DNA of 63,963 nt, filler included, from Olpidium bornovanus S191 (Eukaryota; Fungi; Olpidiomycota), in NCBI GenBank assembly GCA_017911155.1. It is 26 parts of 26 records of this genome, joined end to end, with 100 filler letters (N's around TTAATTAATTAA, not from the genome) between each part and the next. Parts side by side here need not be neighbours in the genome. Positions count along the whole stretch, not along the records: positions 10,411 to 13,528 come from JAEFCI010002347.1; positions 13,629 to 16,038 come from JAEFCI010000780.1; positions 16,139 to 20,231 come from JAEFCI010006315.1; positions 20,332 to 21,657 come from JAEFCI010010090.1; positions 21,758 to 23,275 come from JAEFCI010011832.1; positions 23,376 to 27,479 come from JAEFCI010007609.1; 20 more parts are not named here. The stretch is one strand, 5' to 3'. The notes beneath the pieces were generated by a model. It was not told the origin of the DNA. It made no database searches and saw only the letters and a program-made list of their open reading frames with translations. This document shows positions 12,133 to 23,844 of this stretch, piece after piece. The translations under genes were made by a program, and so were the position numbers. Positions within the stretch are counted from its first letter, which is position 1. The number at the start of each line of letters is the position of its first letter.

Positions 12133-13284
12133 ATGGTCGTCCGTCACGTGACTTCTGAGAGCGAGTTTGCGGATGAGACGCGGAAGAAGAACCGGCTGGT
12201 GGGAAACGGCGGAAACGCGTCTTTCCGATTGCGTCTTCCGAGACTTCGCCGTGTCTTTTGCACCTACTCGACTTTTCCAACTTTCCCCCCCTTCGCGTAG
12301 GTCATCGTCGACTTCTTCGCAACCTGGTGCGGTCCGTGCAAGGTTCTGAACATCACCGTGCTTTTAAGCTGCGGCGTGGTTTTCGATACGGCTAAGAAAC
12401 CAACGGCTTGTTCTGATTTTGTGGATGTGCAGGCAATTGAGGGACCCCTGGAGGCGCTCTCGGCCAAGTACACAAAGGCGGTGTTCTTAAAAGTTGACAC
12501 CGACAAGCTGCAGTCCGTCGCGTCGTCCTGTGGGATACGCGCGATGCCAACCCTGCAGCTATATAAAGACGGCGTCATGGTGCGTCAAATCGTCGGCGCG
12601 GACCTCAAAGGGCTTGAGTCGGCGATCCTGGCGCACTACGAGGTGTTCGACAGCTTCTCCGGGAAGGGCCAGACTCTTGGCGGTTCGCCAGCGTCGGCGC
12701 CGCCCTCGTCCGCCGAAAAGGGACGGGCGTTTTCCGCTGCCTCTGCCGAGGCTCAGAGTTCGGCCCCGTCGGCGCTGAGCGCAATCAGCGGCACAGTCGG
12801 CAGCATCCTCGGCGGAGTGTATTCGATCGGGTCGGGCGTCGTGTCCACCGTCGCTCAAACACTTGGCGCTGCCGGGACCGCGACGGTCCCGACGTCGACC
12901 CGTGTGCCGCCGCCATCCGAACCGGAGGAGCCCAAAGACGGGGATTGCGAGATGCAATTCCGGATGCCGGACGGGCTGGTGTTACGGAGAAAATTCTATT
13001 CGTCTGACAAGGTGGAGAGCGCACGAGCGTTCGTCGCCGGGAGGTTGCCTCCGGGGTATAATTTCAGACTCCTGACGAATTACCCGAAGAAGTATGTCAC
13101 GACTGTGTCGCGTGGGGGGGGGGGGGGTCTCGCTAGGTTTTTCGAAAAGGCCGCTTTTGCGTTGATTGCGTTCTTTTTCACGTGTCCCCACAGACTGTAC
13201 GAAGGCATCGAGCTCCACAAGTCACTCAAGGAGGAAAAACTCTGCCCGCGCGGCCAGTTCATCGTGTCGCCCGCAAATTCCTGA
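12133..13284 (+). CDS. Thioredoxin (WCGPC) - SHP box - UBX domain protein
   Basis: Exons 12133-12198, 12301-12342, 12433-13091, 13194-13284 splice in frame: VIVDFFATWCGPCK...FLKVDTD...AMPTLQLYKDG; FSGKGQTLGG (SHP box); CEMQFRMPDG...RRKF...FRLLTNYPK...SLKEEKLCPRGQFIV (UBX). Confidence 0.88.
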
Positions 13285-14907
13285 GTTTGCGCCTCATTTA
13301 CCCTCGTTGGTGTCCCCACGAACTTTTTTGCCCCGGATGGTGCCCGCGATGAACGCGCTTTTCACCGAAGTCGTTGAAGACATCCCCGGGTATGCCGCCT
13401 GAAACGCTTCCTTAATTGACACTTACCAGGTCGTTCGAAATCTGCGCTGGCGCAGTCCCCTGTCATTTGCCCACTGACGTTATTACACACTCTGCCGGTT
13501 CTGCTGTCGAGTTGAATGGTTTTCATGGNNNNNNNNNNNNNNNNNNNNNNNNNNNNNNNNNNNNNNNNNNNNTTAATTAATTAANNNNNNNNNNNNNNNN
13601 NNNNNNNNNNNNNNNNNNNNNNNNNNNNATAGAATATGTACCTGTTTACCGGTATATGCCTATCCGTGTTGAGGAACGCGTCCGCTCCCGGCGGTGAGCG
13701 TATGCGCAGGGGGTATCGTGCGAACTTGCTGCGCACTCGAGTCCGCAACCCCCCGCCGGTACGAGGGGTTCGTATCTTTGCGGAGGCCGGCGGACATGAG
13801 TCTTAATGCCGAGCGGGAGATGTTTTCGTTGTCGCAGGCAGCCTGATATCATTCTCTGGCACTGCCGAAATCTTGGGTAATCTCGCGCTGAGGCTGGGAG
13901 AAGTGAAAGGAGCACGCGGGAGCGTTAAGCGTTCTAAAGCAAGGAGGACATCCGCAGCTGTGGTGCCCGTACGGCCGAGGATGGGTTTGCTGAAGGGGTG
14001 CCTCAGGTCGTACAGGCGGAGGCGGAGGCTGCCGTCGCCCGGAATCGTCCGGAGCACGATGCGCCCGAGCCGCCGCTCCCAAAAGGTGATTGATCGTGCG
14101 ACCAGTCAGCAACGCGCGGAAGCATGTTGAGCGAACAAGGAACTGAACGGAGGGGGGAAGGCGGGGGGTGCGCGTCATCGATAGGCCTCGGCGTCCGTTT
14201 CACGAGGCACAACGCGTCAAGAGGGGAGGGGTTGGGTGGCATGAGGCCACGCAAAAATTAGCCGCGGTCAAACTGTTTCCGAGGTGCGCAGCAGAATCGC
14301 TCGGCTGTGGTCCGGCGGCTCCAACAAGAAGGGGGGAGGGGGGGGGGGACCAAGGGAATTCGCATCATGTGCCAAACGGAAAAGAGCGGCGGCATCCACC
14401 GCCGTGGACCGTCGCCGTTTCTGCCCTCCGGCGCAGGGATGTCTCGGCGGCCGCCTGCGCGCGACCTGCCGTCGCGGGACGACGACGGACGGGAACGCGG
14501 GGCGGCGCGTGTCCGCGTGCGCGTTGTGCTCTTGCGCGTTCGCAATTTTCACGCGGATTGCGGATGCATGTGCGGATAAATGTATGTGCGGCACTGTTTC
14601 ATGCAAATGTTTGGATATCTTGCGCTTTGCGCTTCCCTGTGCCTTTTTTTTTTTTTTTTTTTTTTCTCCCGCCCGTGGCAACCGCGGAAAATACAGGGCG
14701 CGCACTTGACGAGGAATTCCAAAAATCTGCCCATGACGACGAGCGACGGGGTTTCATAACTCAAACCCGCCTTTCCTCTCCTGCTGCTTGCTGAATCTCT
14801 TCTTTTTATCCTTCTCCATCTTATCGTTCTTCTGCTTCTTCTATTCCTTCTTCTTCTTTTAACCCTTTTTCTCCTCTTTTTCTTCTTCCCCTTCTTCGCG
14901 GGGCGGA

Positions 14908-16038
14908 ATGGAAACCAAGCCGTCACTCCCGGCAGACGAGAAGCGTTCTCCTTCTCCTTCTTCCCCTTCTTCTTCGCCGGCCGGAATGGAAACTAAGCCG
15001 CCACTCCCGGCCGACGAAAATCGTCCTTCTTCCCCTCCTTCCCCTTCTCCGCGGGGCGGAAGGGTAACCAAGCCGTCACTCCCGGCCGACGATAAATGCT
15101 CGGGGACGCTCGCAGACCGCAGCGTGGCGGGCGGCGGCGGCGGGAGCGGCGGAGGCGAGGACGAAACTCTAGCTGGAAGCGGGGGGACACGGGAACCGGC
15201 CGAAGCGCCCGTAGGATGTGACGCCGACGGCAGCAGCCACCGCCGTTGCGAGGAGGGAGCTCCGGCCGGGAGCGACGGGGCGCCAACGGCCGAACCGTCT
15301 GCCGGGGATGACGTTGCCGCCGCGGGGCACATGCGCGGCGGGGAGTCGCCGCCGCCTCCGAGCCGCGCCGTCGGGCAACCGGCGCGATCGGCGCCGGCCG
15401 ACGGTAGGGCGGCGGCGCTTCGTCCGCCGGCGACCTGCCCTCCGGGCCGCGGCGGCCCCGGCCTCGCGGCCGCGCAGTCGGGGCCTCGCCTGCCGCAGTT
15501 GCCGGGCGATCACGTCCCGGAGACCGCCGGGTTTGCCGACGGCCGACCCGGGCCGCTGTCGTCCTGCCCGCCGCCGAACAGGAAACGTTCGCGGTCCCCG
15601 TCGCCGCCCGGGGACGATGTGCAGGCGAGACGCCCTCGCTACGCGCCGCCCGTGCCGCAGGCCGTCGAGTCAGGCCACCCCGCGAGCAACCGTGCGGTCG
15701 CAGATCACTACAACGCGCGCCCGGACCAGGGCATAGAGCGGAGGAAACAGTCTCCAATTTTCAGGCTTCGAGCTTTCAACAACTGGGTCAAGACCACACT
15801 CATTAACTACTGTACTCGCGGGCCAGGCGCCAGCGTCCTGGATATGGGCTGCGGCAAAGGAGGGGATCTGAACAAGTGGGCGCGAGCCAGATGCGGAAGC
15901 TACATCGGCGTAGGTGAGTTTGTGTCTTCAAATGGTAATGTGCGCCCGGAGACCCGCCGACGTTTTTCCAACCTCCACAAAAAAAAAGACATCGCCGAGG
16001 TGTCAGTAGGACAGGCACGGGAAAGATATCAAGGCATG
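14908..16038 (+). CDS. ABD1: mRNA cap guanine-N7 methyltransferase, 3'-partial, long low-complexity N-terminus
   Basis: VADHYNARP...[32 protein letters not shown]; intron 15914-15988; [14 protein letters not shown]. Confidence 0.93.
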
Positions 16039-16216
16039 NNNNNNNNNNNNNNNNNNNNNNNNNNNNNNNNNNNNNNNNNNNNTTAATTAATTAANNNNNN
16101 NNNNNNNNNNNNNNNNNNNNNNNNNNNNNNNNNNNNNNCGCGCGCGCGGGGGTTGCTGACACCACCCACCCCCCCTTTTTCCCTGCAATTATGGCCGGTA
16201 CGACCTACGGTTGCAG

Positions 16217-17744
16217 TTTGGTGAAATCAGATTCGTCTTGGTCGGGTTTCTTCTCATGGTCAGTGGCAGCTTCGTTGCATTTAACGCTTCGAATATTTCA
16301 TTATTGCATCCGTAATTACTATTGCATCGATGTCGGTTCTGGCGCGGCTCTGAGCGTCCGTTGCTTTGCTCAACCGTCGCTTCGCTCATTCCAAATTGCT
16401 TTCTACGTAGTTGGCGGGAATTTCGTTCGACGCCGTTCGGCTGGTTATGATCCAGAAGCTCCTGAAGAGCGAATCTTTGCAAATGGACACTCTCACGTCG
16501 CTTTACTACATCGCGCCGGTTTCAGCCGGCTGCAACATGCTGATCAGCATCATTTTTGAATCGTCCTCGGTGACCCTGGACAAGTTCCTCAATGTCGGGC
16601 TCTGGCCTTTTGTCCTCAACGGGATAGGTAAATTTATCTGACAACTGGGTGTGGCAAACCCGTATTTGCCGATGCCTGCATTTGTTTGTTGTGTGTTTTT
16701 TTTTTTTTTTTTTTTTTTTGCGGATCGGATGTTGAGCGAACGAGTCCCCGCTTATTAGTCGCCGTGTGTGACTACCTTCGGTCTCACCCGATCTTCTCCG
16801 CCGTGCGCAAAACGCAGTTTCCTTTGGCCTCAACGTAGCCGCCGTTTCCGTGGTAAAGAACACGTCCACGTTGACTCTCGGCTTGGCCGGTGTCCTGAAA
16901 GACATCCTCATCGTCGGCATGGCCATGCTGTTCTACGGCACGCCGATGACCTTGCTCCAGGCTTTTGGGTACACCATGGCGATGACGGGCTTGATGTATT
17001 ACAAAAACGGCAAGGACGTCTTCGGGTTGTGTTCTGGAGGGTGCAGATTCGCGAGGCCGTCAGTGCTCCATTACCGCCAGGTCGCCCAAATCGGCTTGCT
17101 GTTAATGGCCGTCGCCTCGTGCGTGCTGCTATACCGCGTCAAGGACGAGGTCCAATACGTCGATCAGACCGCGGCGTGCGCGGACAGGGTCGTGCAACTG
17201 ACAGTCGTCCAGTCGGCGCACATCGGCCTGCCAGCCCCAGAAGGCTTCCCTACCTCCGACAAGGTGGCCGTGATCGTCGAGACGAGGGCCCTGCCGACGC
17301 TGGTCCCCCTGATAATGCATTTTGCTGGCGTTCTGGCTTGGGACTGGCACTGTTGGTTTTTGTCCGATGACCGGTCCCTCGTCGTCTACCAGCGTCTTTT
17401 CATCCGTTTCGGCCGAAAGCGTCGCGTGGTAATGCGGAAAGTCTATCTTGGGGGATGGGTCCTCGCCTGGTAACGCCTCGCCCGCTTCGCCTTTTTTTTT
17501 CCGCCTCCAGTTCACATATTTTACAGTGACGCAAACAGCCACATGTTACTTAGCTCGAACCCGATCCAGCGGATGATCGAGTCGGGAAAGCTGAACATGA
17601 CGCTAATACCGCCGCTGATAGAGATGGGCAACGGCGAGCTCACCAGCCGGTTCATGACGGATCCATGGTTGTGGTCCCAGATCCAGCAGGAGAACGTACG
17701 TGTGTGCAGTTGTCGCGCGGAGAAAACGGGCGCAGCGAGCCGGC

Positions 17745-17775
<31 letters not shown>

Positions 17776-18645
17776 GAAAGAAAAATGCGCCGGCTTGAGA
17801 AACCTCACGGAAAACGCGCTCAAAATTCTTATCAGCTCTTCCCCCCCCCCCTTTTCCCCCCCCCAACGCCGCAGATCCTCATATTCCAAGCGGATTCGGT
17901 CTTGTGCGCGCGGTCAAACCGGCGGCCCGAGGATTTCTTTGAGTATGACTACGTGGGCGCACCCTGGCCGGCGTCGGACGAGTCGGGGAACGGCGGGCTG
18001 AGCCTCCGCAAGCGGTCGCACACCCTGCGGTGCATCCGGGAGCAGCCGCGGAAGCCGGGCATGGCGGAGGACGTCTATTTCAGCAGGACGCTGCAGAGCA
18101 TCGGCGCGCTGGTGGCGCCCCGGGACGTCTCGGCTGCGTTCAGCGTCGAGGCGGAGTTTGAGGCCGAGCCGCTGGGCGTGCACCAGCTGTGGGCGTCGGC
18201 GTTCCCGAAAAACAAATTATCGAAGCTGTACGAGTACTGTAAGCGTTTTTTTTTTTGACGCGCCAGGAGGGATCCTAGTCTTTTTCGCGGGAGAAAACGC
18301 GCGCCACGGGTATCCTTTCCCCCCCTGCCCTCCGTCTTCCGGTTCATCGAAGCCTTCGTTTGTTGTACTTTGGTAAACGCCCCCGTTGACACTCTTCACG
18401 CGTTTTTTACTTCTTTTTTTGTCTCAGGTCCAGTACGTTTCTCTTTCCTTCGCAGGGTTTCGGTCAAAAGTGGGGGTGCAAAAAACAAAAAAAAAAAAAT
18501 AAGAGTAAAAAAAGAAAACAAACGAACCGCGTCCTCCCTAACGATTTTTCGCCCGGCCGGTCTTTTGCAGGAGATTGCGCTCACCGGATGGCAGCCCGAC
18601 GACGTCACCCCTTTAAGCTACTCGCTGCCAGTTCCGCAGAACTGA
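16217..18645 (+). CDS. TPT-family nucleotide-sugar transporter fused to DUF5672 (putative glycosyltransferase-like) domain, 5'-partial
   Basis: Exons 16217-16258, 16411-16627, 16818-~17351, 17511-17695, 17875-18238, 18428-18432, 18571-18645. TPT motifs: DAVRLVMIQKLL, TSLYYIAP, NTSTLTLGLAGVLKDIL. DUF5672 motifs: KVAVIVETR, LVPLIMHF, PWLW, ILIFQADS, YDYVGAPW, GNGGLSLR, EDVYF, FSVE, PLGVHQ, YCPE. Both halves share one open frame in 16818-17351. Confidence 0.82.
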
Positions 18646-18996
18646 AAAAAAAACGTGCGGCACCACCCTGCACCACCCCACCCCCCCCCTTTTTTCATCA
18701 CTCGCCACAATTTCTTGTACCAAAATTTAACACGCTTGGCCCTCCCCCCCCCTTCTTCCCTCCTACTTCGTCCCCGGGGTTTCCGGTCAAACCCCCCCCC
18801 CCTCCCCCCCCTTTCCTCTTCCCACCCCCCAGTAGCAAGCACCCTGACGCTGTTGCCGCGCGCCCGGATCCCATTTTGCGGCCCTCCCCCCCCCCCCCCC
18901 CCCTCCCTGGCGGGAACCTCGGCAAGTTTTCGCGCCGCTGACCGGGGCGCCCACCCCGCCGTCGCCGCTCTTTGTCGTTTCTCGGCGGCTAAAAAG

Positions 18997-20150
18997 TCAT
19001 TACTGTTGTTGACGTGAGTTTAGCTACGCGTTCGGTCCGGGTTGTTGCGCTTTGCTGAAGCGGCCCGGAATTCCCCGTTTCCGGAAACGGGCCGTCCGGC
19101 CCCTCCCCCCGCCCCTCTCCTGGCCGGCCGGCCGCGGCGATTTGCGCGGGCGTTATTTCGGGAACTGGCCACGCCAACTCCCGGCCACACGCCCGGTTTT
19201 GCGGCTCATGCGGGCCCGCGGAAAACGAGGACAGTGCGAGAACTTTGCGGGCTACGAGGACACGTCGTACACAGCGCGCATGCAGGCCCAATACACGGAC
19301 GTCATCCTGCTCAACAAGCACGAGCATGTACGGCGACGCAAATCCTTTTGTAACTCTCCGCGGCTTGCGCGTGCGCTTGAAAGCTTTCCGCAGAAGAGTA
19401 ATTCCCCCCCCCCCCCCCCCCCCCCCCCCCGGCCCCCCCCCCCGGCTGACGCTTGATGACCCGCGCCGCCGCCGCCGCCGCTGATCGGGGGAAAAAAAAC
19501 CGTCGCAGGTGTCGGAGGCAAAGCTCGACGAGGTTCTCGACCGCGTCAACGACCTGAACACCGACACCGTCAAGGTCCGGTGCGAGGAAAAAGCCGGCGT
19601 GCACCCCGACCTGGTTTTCGGGTTGGACACCAAGCTTTTCCAGCTCTCGGGGTCCGCCCCGCCGGACGACGCCGGCTGCTGCTGCTCCACCATCTCCTCC
19701 CCCCCCTCCGGCGACGACGACGGCCGCCGCGCCGAGTGCACCCGGCACATCCGCCGGGACGGCCTGATCGACGAGCGGCACCACGACCGGGAACTCGACC
19801 TCGTCAAGATCCACCGCCGGCTTTCGCCGCCCGGGCGGTCGTTGGCGACGGTGGGGGAATTCGAGGCCTTCCTGGCGGCCCTCCCGAAGGAGGACGTTTA
19901 CCGCGTCAAGGGCCTCGCGAGGCTCGAGCCCGGTGCCGGGGGAACGCCCGCGCTGTACATCGTAAACTGGGCGTTCGGGAGGACGTCGCTCGTGCCCGTC
20001 ACCAGGACCGTCGAGGACGAGGAGAGGAAGAGCTTGCAGTACCGGATTACCGTTATGGGCGTAGACCTGCTCGTGCACAAGGACAGGATCGTCCGAGGAC
20101 TTTGCCTCGACGCCGCGGAAGTCAGCCTCCACCTTAGACGCGCCGCGTAA
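18997..20150 (+). CDS. CobW/COG0523-type metallochaperone GTPase, C-terminal half only
   Basis: 17-nt exon 18997-19013 (VITVVD), exon 19235-19327 (CENFAGYEDTSYTARMQAQYTDVILLNKHEH), exon 19509-20150 (LDEVLDRVNDLN...VYRVKG...IVNWAFGR). Confidence 0.85.
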
Positions 20151-20592
20151 TTTTTTTTTTCCCGTTTTTTTTTTTTTTTTTCTTTTTTTTTTCCCCCCCC
20201 CCCCCCCTCTTCACGGATTTTCCACGCAACCNNNNNNNNNNNNNNNNNNNNNNNNNNNNNNNNNNNNNNNNNNNNTTAATTAATTAANNNNNNNNNNNNN
20301 NNNNNNNNNNNNNNNNNNNNNNNNNNNNNNNAAAAAAAAAAAAAAAACACAAAAACAAAAGGCAAAACGGAAATAGACGACAGAAAAAAAAAAAAAAAAA
20401 AAACGCGGCGGGCCAAAAATGGAGGCCACCGAGGACTTGCGAGGGCTTGCGGGGAGCGCGGGCGAGGGGGCCGCGCGGGGGGTGGGGGGAAAGTGGGAAG
20501 GAGGAGGGGTGAAGGAAGGGATAGGAACGGGAAAAACGCACATGCGTCAACTGCGTCATCGCAATCACGCGTTTGCAAACCGGCTCCCTCTC

Positions 20593-20623
<31 letters not shown>

Positions 20624-21538
20624 TTCTGTCTCTCTGCCTTCTCTAGCTCTCTCCGCTCTCTCACTCTCCCCTTCTCTGCTCTCCCTCTCTCCCTTCCACT
20701 GTCCCTCTTTCTTTCTCTTTCTTTCTCTCTCTCGCTGGCGAGACCCGCAGGATTTCCCCTCGCCCGAACGAGCGCACAGCCCGCCCCTCTTCCCCGGGCA
20801 CGACCGCCCGCCGCGGCCTGACCCCGAACCCCGCGCTCTCCGCGGAGGCCCCCCGGGGAGCGGCGCGACCAGGGTGGGATGGTCGTTCCGCGGTCGCCCC
20901 GCGGCGCCGCCACGCGGGAGCCGTGCCGCCGCCGCCGCCCGCGGAGAAAGGGGTGCCGGGCGCTTTGCCCGGCCCCGGACGGGCCGCCCGCGCGCGCCGC
21001 GGCGCTGCTTTCCGGCCAAAGAAGCAGGAAAAAAAAAAAGAAAGTACAAATATGAAAAAATGAAATAGAATATTGCGAGGCGGCACACCCGGCCCCGAGA
21101 CTTCCCTCCCACGCCCGGCGTTCTGTCTCAACACGCGTTCGGCGTTACAGCGCCGCGCGCGAAAGCGGGCGACACGAGAGCGGCGCGTTTGTTCGCGCGG
21201 GGGGGGGGTTTCTTTCCGGCAGCCGGGGGCGGGGGCACTGCGGAATTCCCCGGGTGTTCGAGTGACGTTTTGCGCCCGGCCGGCCTTTGGGCCCGCCCCG
21301 GTGTCGTGTCGGCGGCGGGGACCCAGTCGCGGTCCGCGCGCGGGGGGCCCCCGACGGAGACCGACGAGAGCCTCGACGAGAGGTGGCCGGGAGCGGGCCA
21401 AACCTTGGGCGGGCGGCAGCCCCTCTCGGGCGGCGTGGCGGGCGAGAGGGGCCGCCGCGGTCGGGGCGGGGGTCGTCGTCGGCGCGCGCGTGCGGGGGAA
21501 AAACGGGGGGGGGGGGAACGCTCTCTCCCCCGCGACCC

Positions 21539-21582
<44 letters not shown>

Positions 21583-21757
21583 CAGCTTTTGCTCCGTGGG
21601 GTGGGATTGTCAATGAAAGACAACCGGCCGACGTCGCAAACGGAGCACACGCTTTCTNNNNNNNNNNNNNNNNNNNNNNNNNNNNNNNNNNNNNNNNNNN
21701 NTTAATTAATTAANNNNNNNNNNNNNNNNNNNNNNNNNNNNNNNNNNNNNNNNNNNN

Positions 21758-23175
21758 CATGACTGCCCTGATGGCGGCGGACGCCTCTTCGGCGTGGTAG
21801 AAGGGGATGGTGCTGACGTAGTGGTGCAGGACGTGCGTCTCGGCGATGCAGTGGAACAGATTGCGCCCGATGAATCCGATGTCGCGGTCGATGGTGGCCG
21901 CCGCGCCGCGCACGAAGTTCCACTGCTCGGGCGTGTAGTGCGGCAGCGTTGCGTCCGTGTGCTGCAGGTAGGTGATGGCCACTGTCGGAATCGTTAGGCC
22001 GACGGCCAGTCGCACCCGTTCTCGGGGAGAGGGCACCGGGGAACGCCGGAAGCGGGTGAGAGAAAAGGGGGTGGGGGGGCGGGGGGTCACATACCGAGCC
22101 AGTGGTTGACCCACAAGTACGGCACGAAGTACCACACCGCCAAGTTGGCCCACCCGAACCTGTTTCCGATATAGGCCAGGACGCCTAACGCGATGGCCAG
22201 ACCGAGGTCGCTCAGCAGGATCAGTTTGGCGTCCTTGGCGTCGAACAGAGGGCTGCGCGGGTCGAAGTGGTTCACGCCGCCGCCCGCGCCGTTGCGCTTC
22301 CCCTTGCCGCGGCCCTCGCGCTGGCGCTCGTGGAAGTTGTGTCCGGAGATGTTCGTCAGCAGGTAGTTGGGCCAGCCGATCAGCTGCTGGACGGCGATCA
22401 GCATGAGCGTGTAGGCGGGCGCGTCGGCCGCGAGCTCGGTCAGCTCCTCGGGGAGGCAGCGGGCCCACCTGGCGTAGCGGGCGCGGGTCCGCGGGAGGAA
22501 AACCATGTCCCTCTCCATGTTCCCGGTGGCCTTGTGGTGGCCGCTGTGCGAGAGCTGCCAGCTGAAGTAGGGGACGAGCAGCGCCGAGTGCAGGACCCAG
22601 CCGACGAAGTCGTTGAGGGCCCTGTAGGGGGAGAAGGCGCCGTGGCCGCACTCGTGGGCTATCACCCACAGGCCCGTCCCGAACAGGCCCTGCAGGAAGG
22701 TGTAGGCGGCCCACAGGGCGCAGCGGAGCAAATAGGAGGGGACGGTCTCGGGCGTCACGAGGGTGTGGAAGGCGGCGAAGACGGCGGCGATGCACGCGAC
22801 GTCGCGGGCGATGTACGCGAAGCCGCGCAGGGGCGAGCGCACGAAGCAGCGCCTGGGTATCGCGTCGCGGATGTCCTTGATGGTGAAGTCGGGGACGCGG
22901 AAGTCGTTGCCGCGGGCGTCGACCAGGCGGCCGAACTCGGCGCCGCCACCGCTCGCATCGACGGAGGACAGCGACGACAGCGAGGCCGACGAGGCGGAGC
23001 GGCGCGGGGAGTCTGCAGGCGAGGGGGAGGAGGAGGCGTCGTCGGACGCGGGGGACTCGGACGCGTCGGAATCCGCGCCCTTCGACGCGGCCGCGCGGCG
23101 GAGGAGGACCCGGTCCGCAGAGGCCAGGCCGCAGGCGGCGGCGGCGGCGGCGACGGCGGCGGCGTCGGAAGGCAT
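21758..23175 (-). CDS. FAD2: Delta-12 (omega-6) fatty acid desaturase, 3'-partial
   Basis: His boxes HECGH, HSGHH, HVLHH; PDFTIKDIRDAIP, PYFSWQLSH, WVNHWL|VAITYLQHTD; intron 22094-21982. Confidence 0.96.
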
Positions 23176-23213
23176 GCGGGAGGCGGGGGAGAAGAGGCGG
23201 GGGGGGTTCCTCT

Positions 23214-23275
<62 letters not shown>

Positions 23276-23790
23276 NNNNNNNNNNNNNNNNNNNNNNNNN
23301 NNNNNNNNNNNNNNNNNNNTTAATTAATTAANNNNNNNNNNNNNNNNNNNNNNNNNNNNNNNNNNNNNNNNNNNNGGAAAAAAAAACAAAAAAAAAACCC
23401 CCCGAACCAGCGGTTTCCCCCCCCCCCCCCCCCCCCCCCTTAACCGCCCAGATTCCCCCCTGGCTCCCCGTTCCCCTCTTTTCCATGCGCCCAGTCCGAG
23501 TCAAAAGCCTAAAATTTTAATTGCCAGGGGCGCGTGCCACCCGGCGTCCTTTCTCTTCCCTGATTCCTGTACACTTAGGTTTGGGCCGTCAGAAAAATCC
23601 GCAAAATCCCATGCAAAAAAGCCAAATCTGCTTTCCAAACCTGCCTTGTAAAGCCGACCTTTTCCGAACCTGCCTCTGAATCTGTCCGACAGGTCGCAAC
23701 GGGTGCAACGTTATCGAGCGCTTCCCACAGCGTGTTCATCTTCTAAAACGGACGACACGTCCTCCAGCTATTCGTCCACGGAGAAGATCC

Positions 23791-23844
23791 CCGCCGTGCG
23801 GTTATTCCCCTCGACTGCCGCCGTGCGGTTATTCCCCTCGACTG
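23791..23844 (+). repeat. Perfect 27-bp tandem duplication
   Basis: CCGCCGTGCGGTTATTCCCCTCGACTG x2. Confidence 0.9.

Noticed and set aside
13629-14130. WERRLGRIVLRTIPGDGSLRLRLYDLRHPF (WD40-like) on minus strand
   Set aside because: One motif-like stretch; no consistent exon chain.
20332-21657. Contig with (CT/GA)n tracts and GC-rich ORFs
   Set aside because: No coding signal recognised; simple repeats only.
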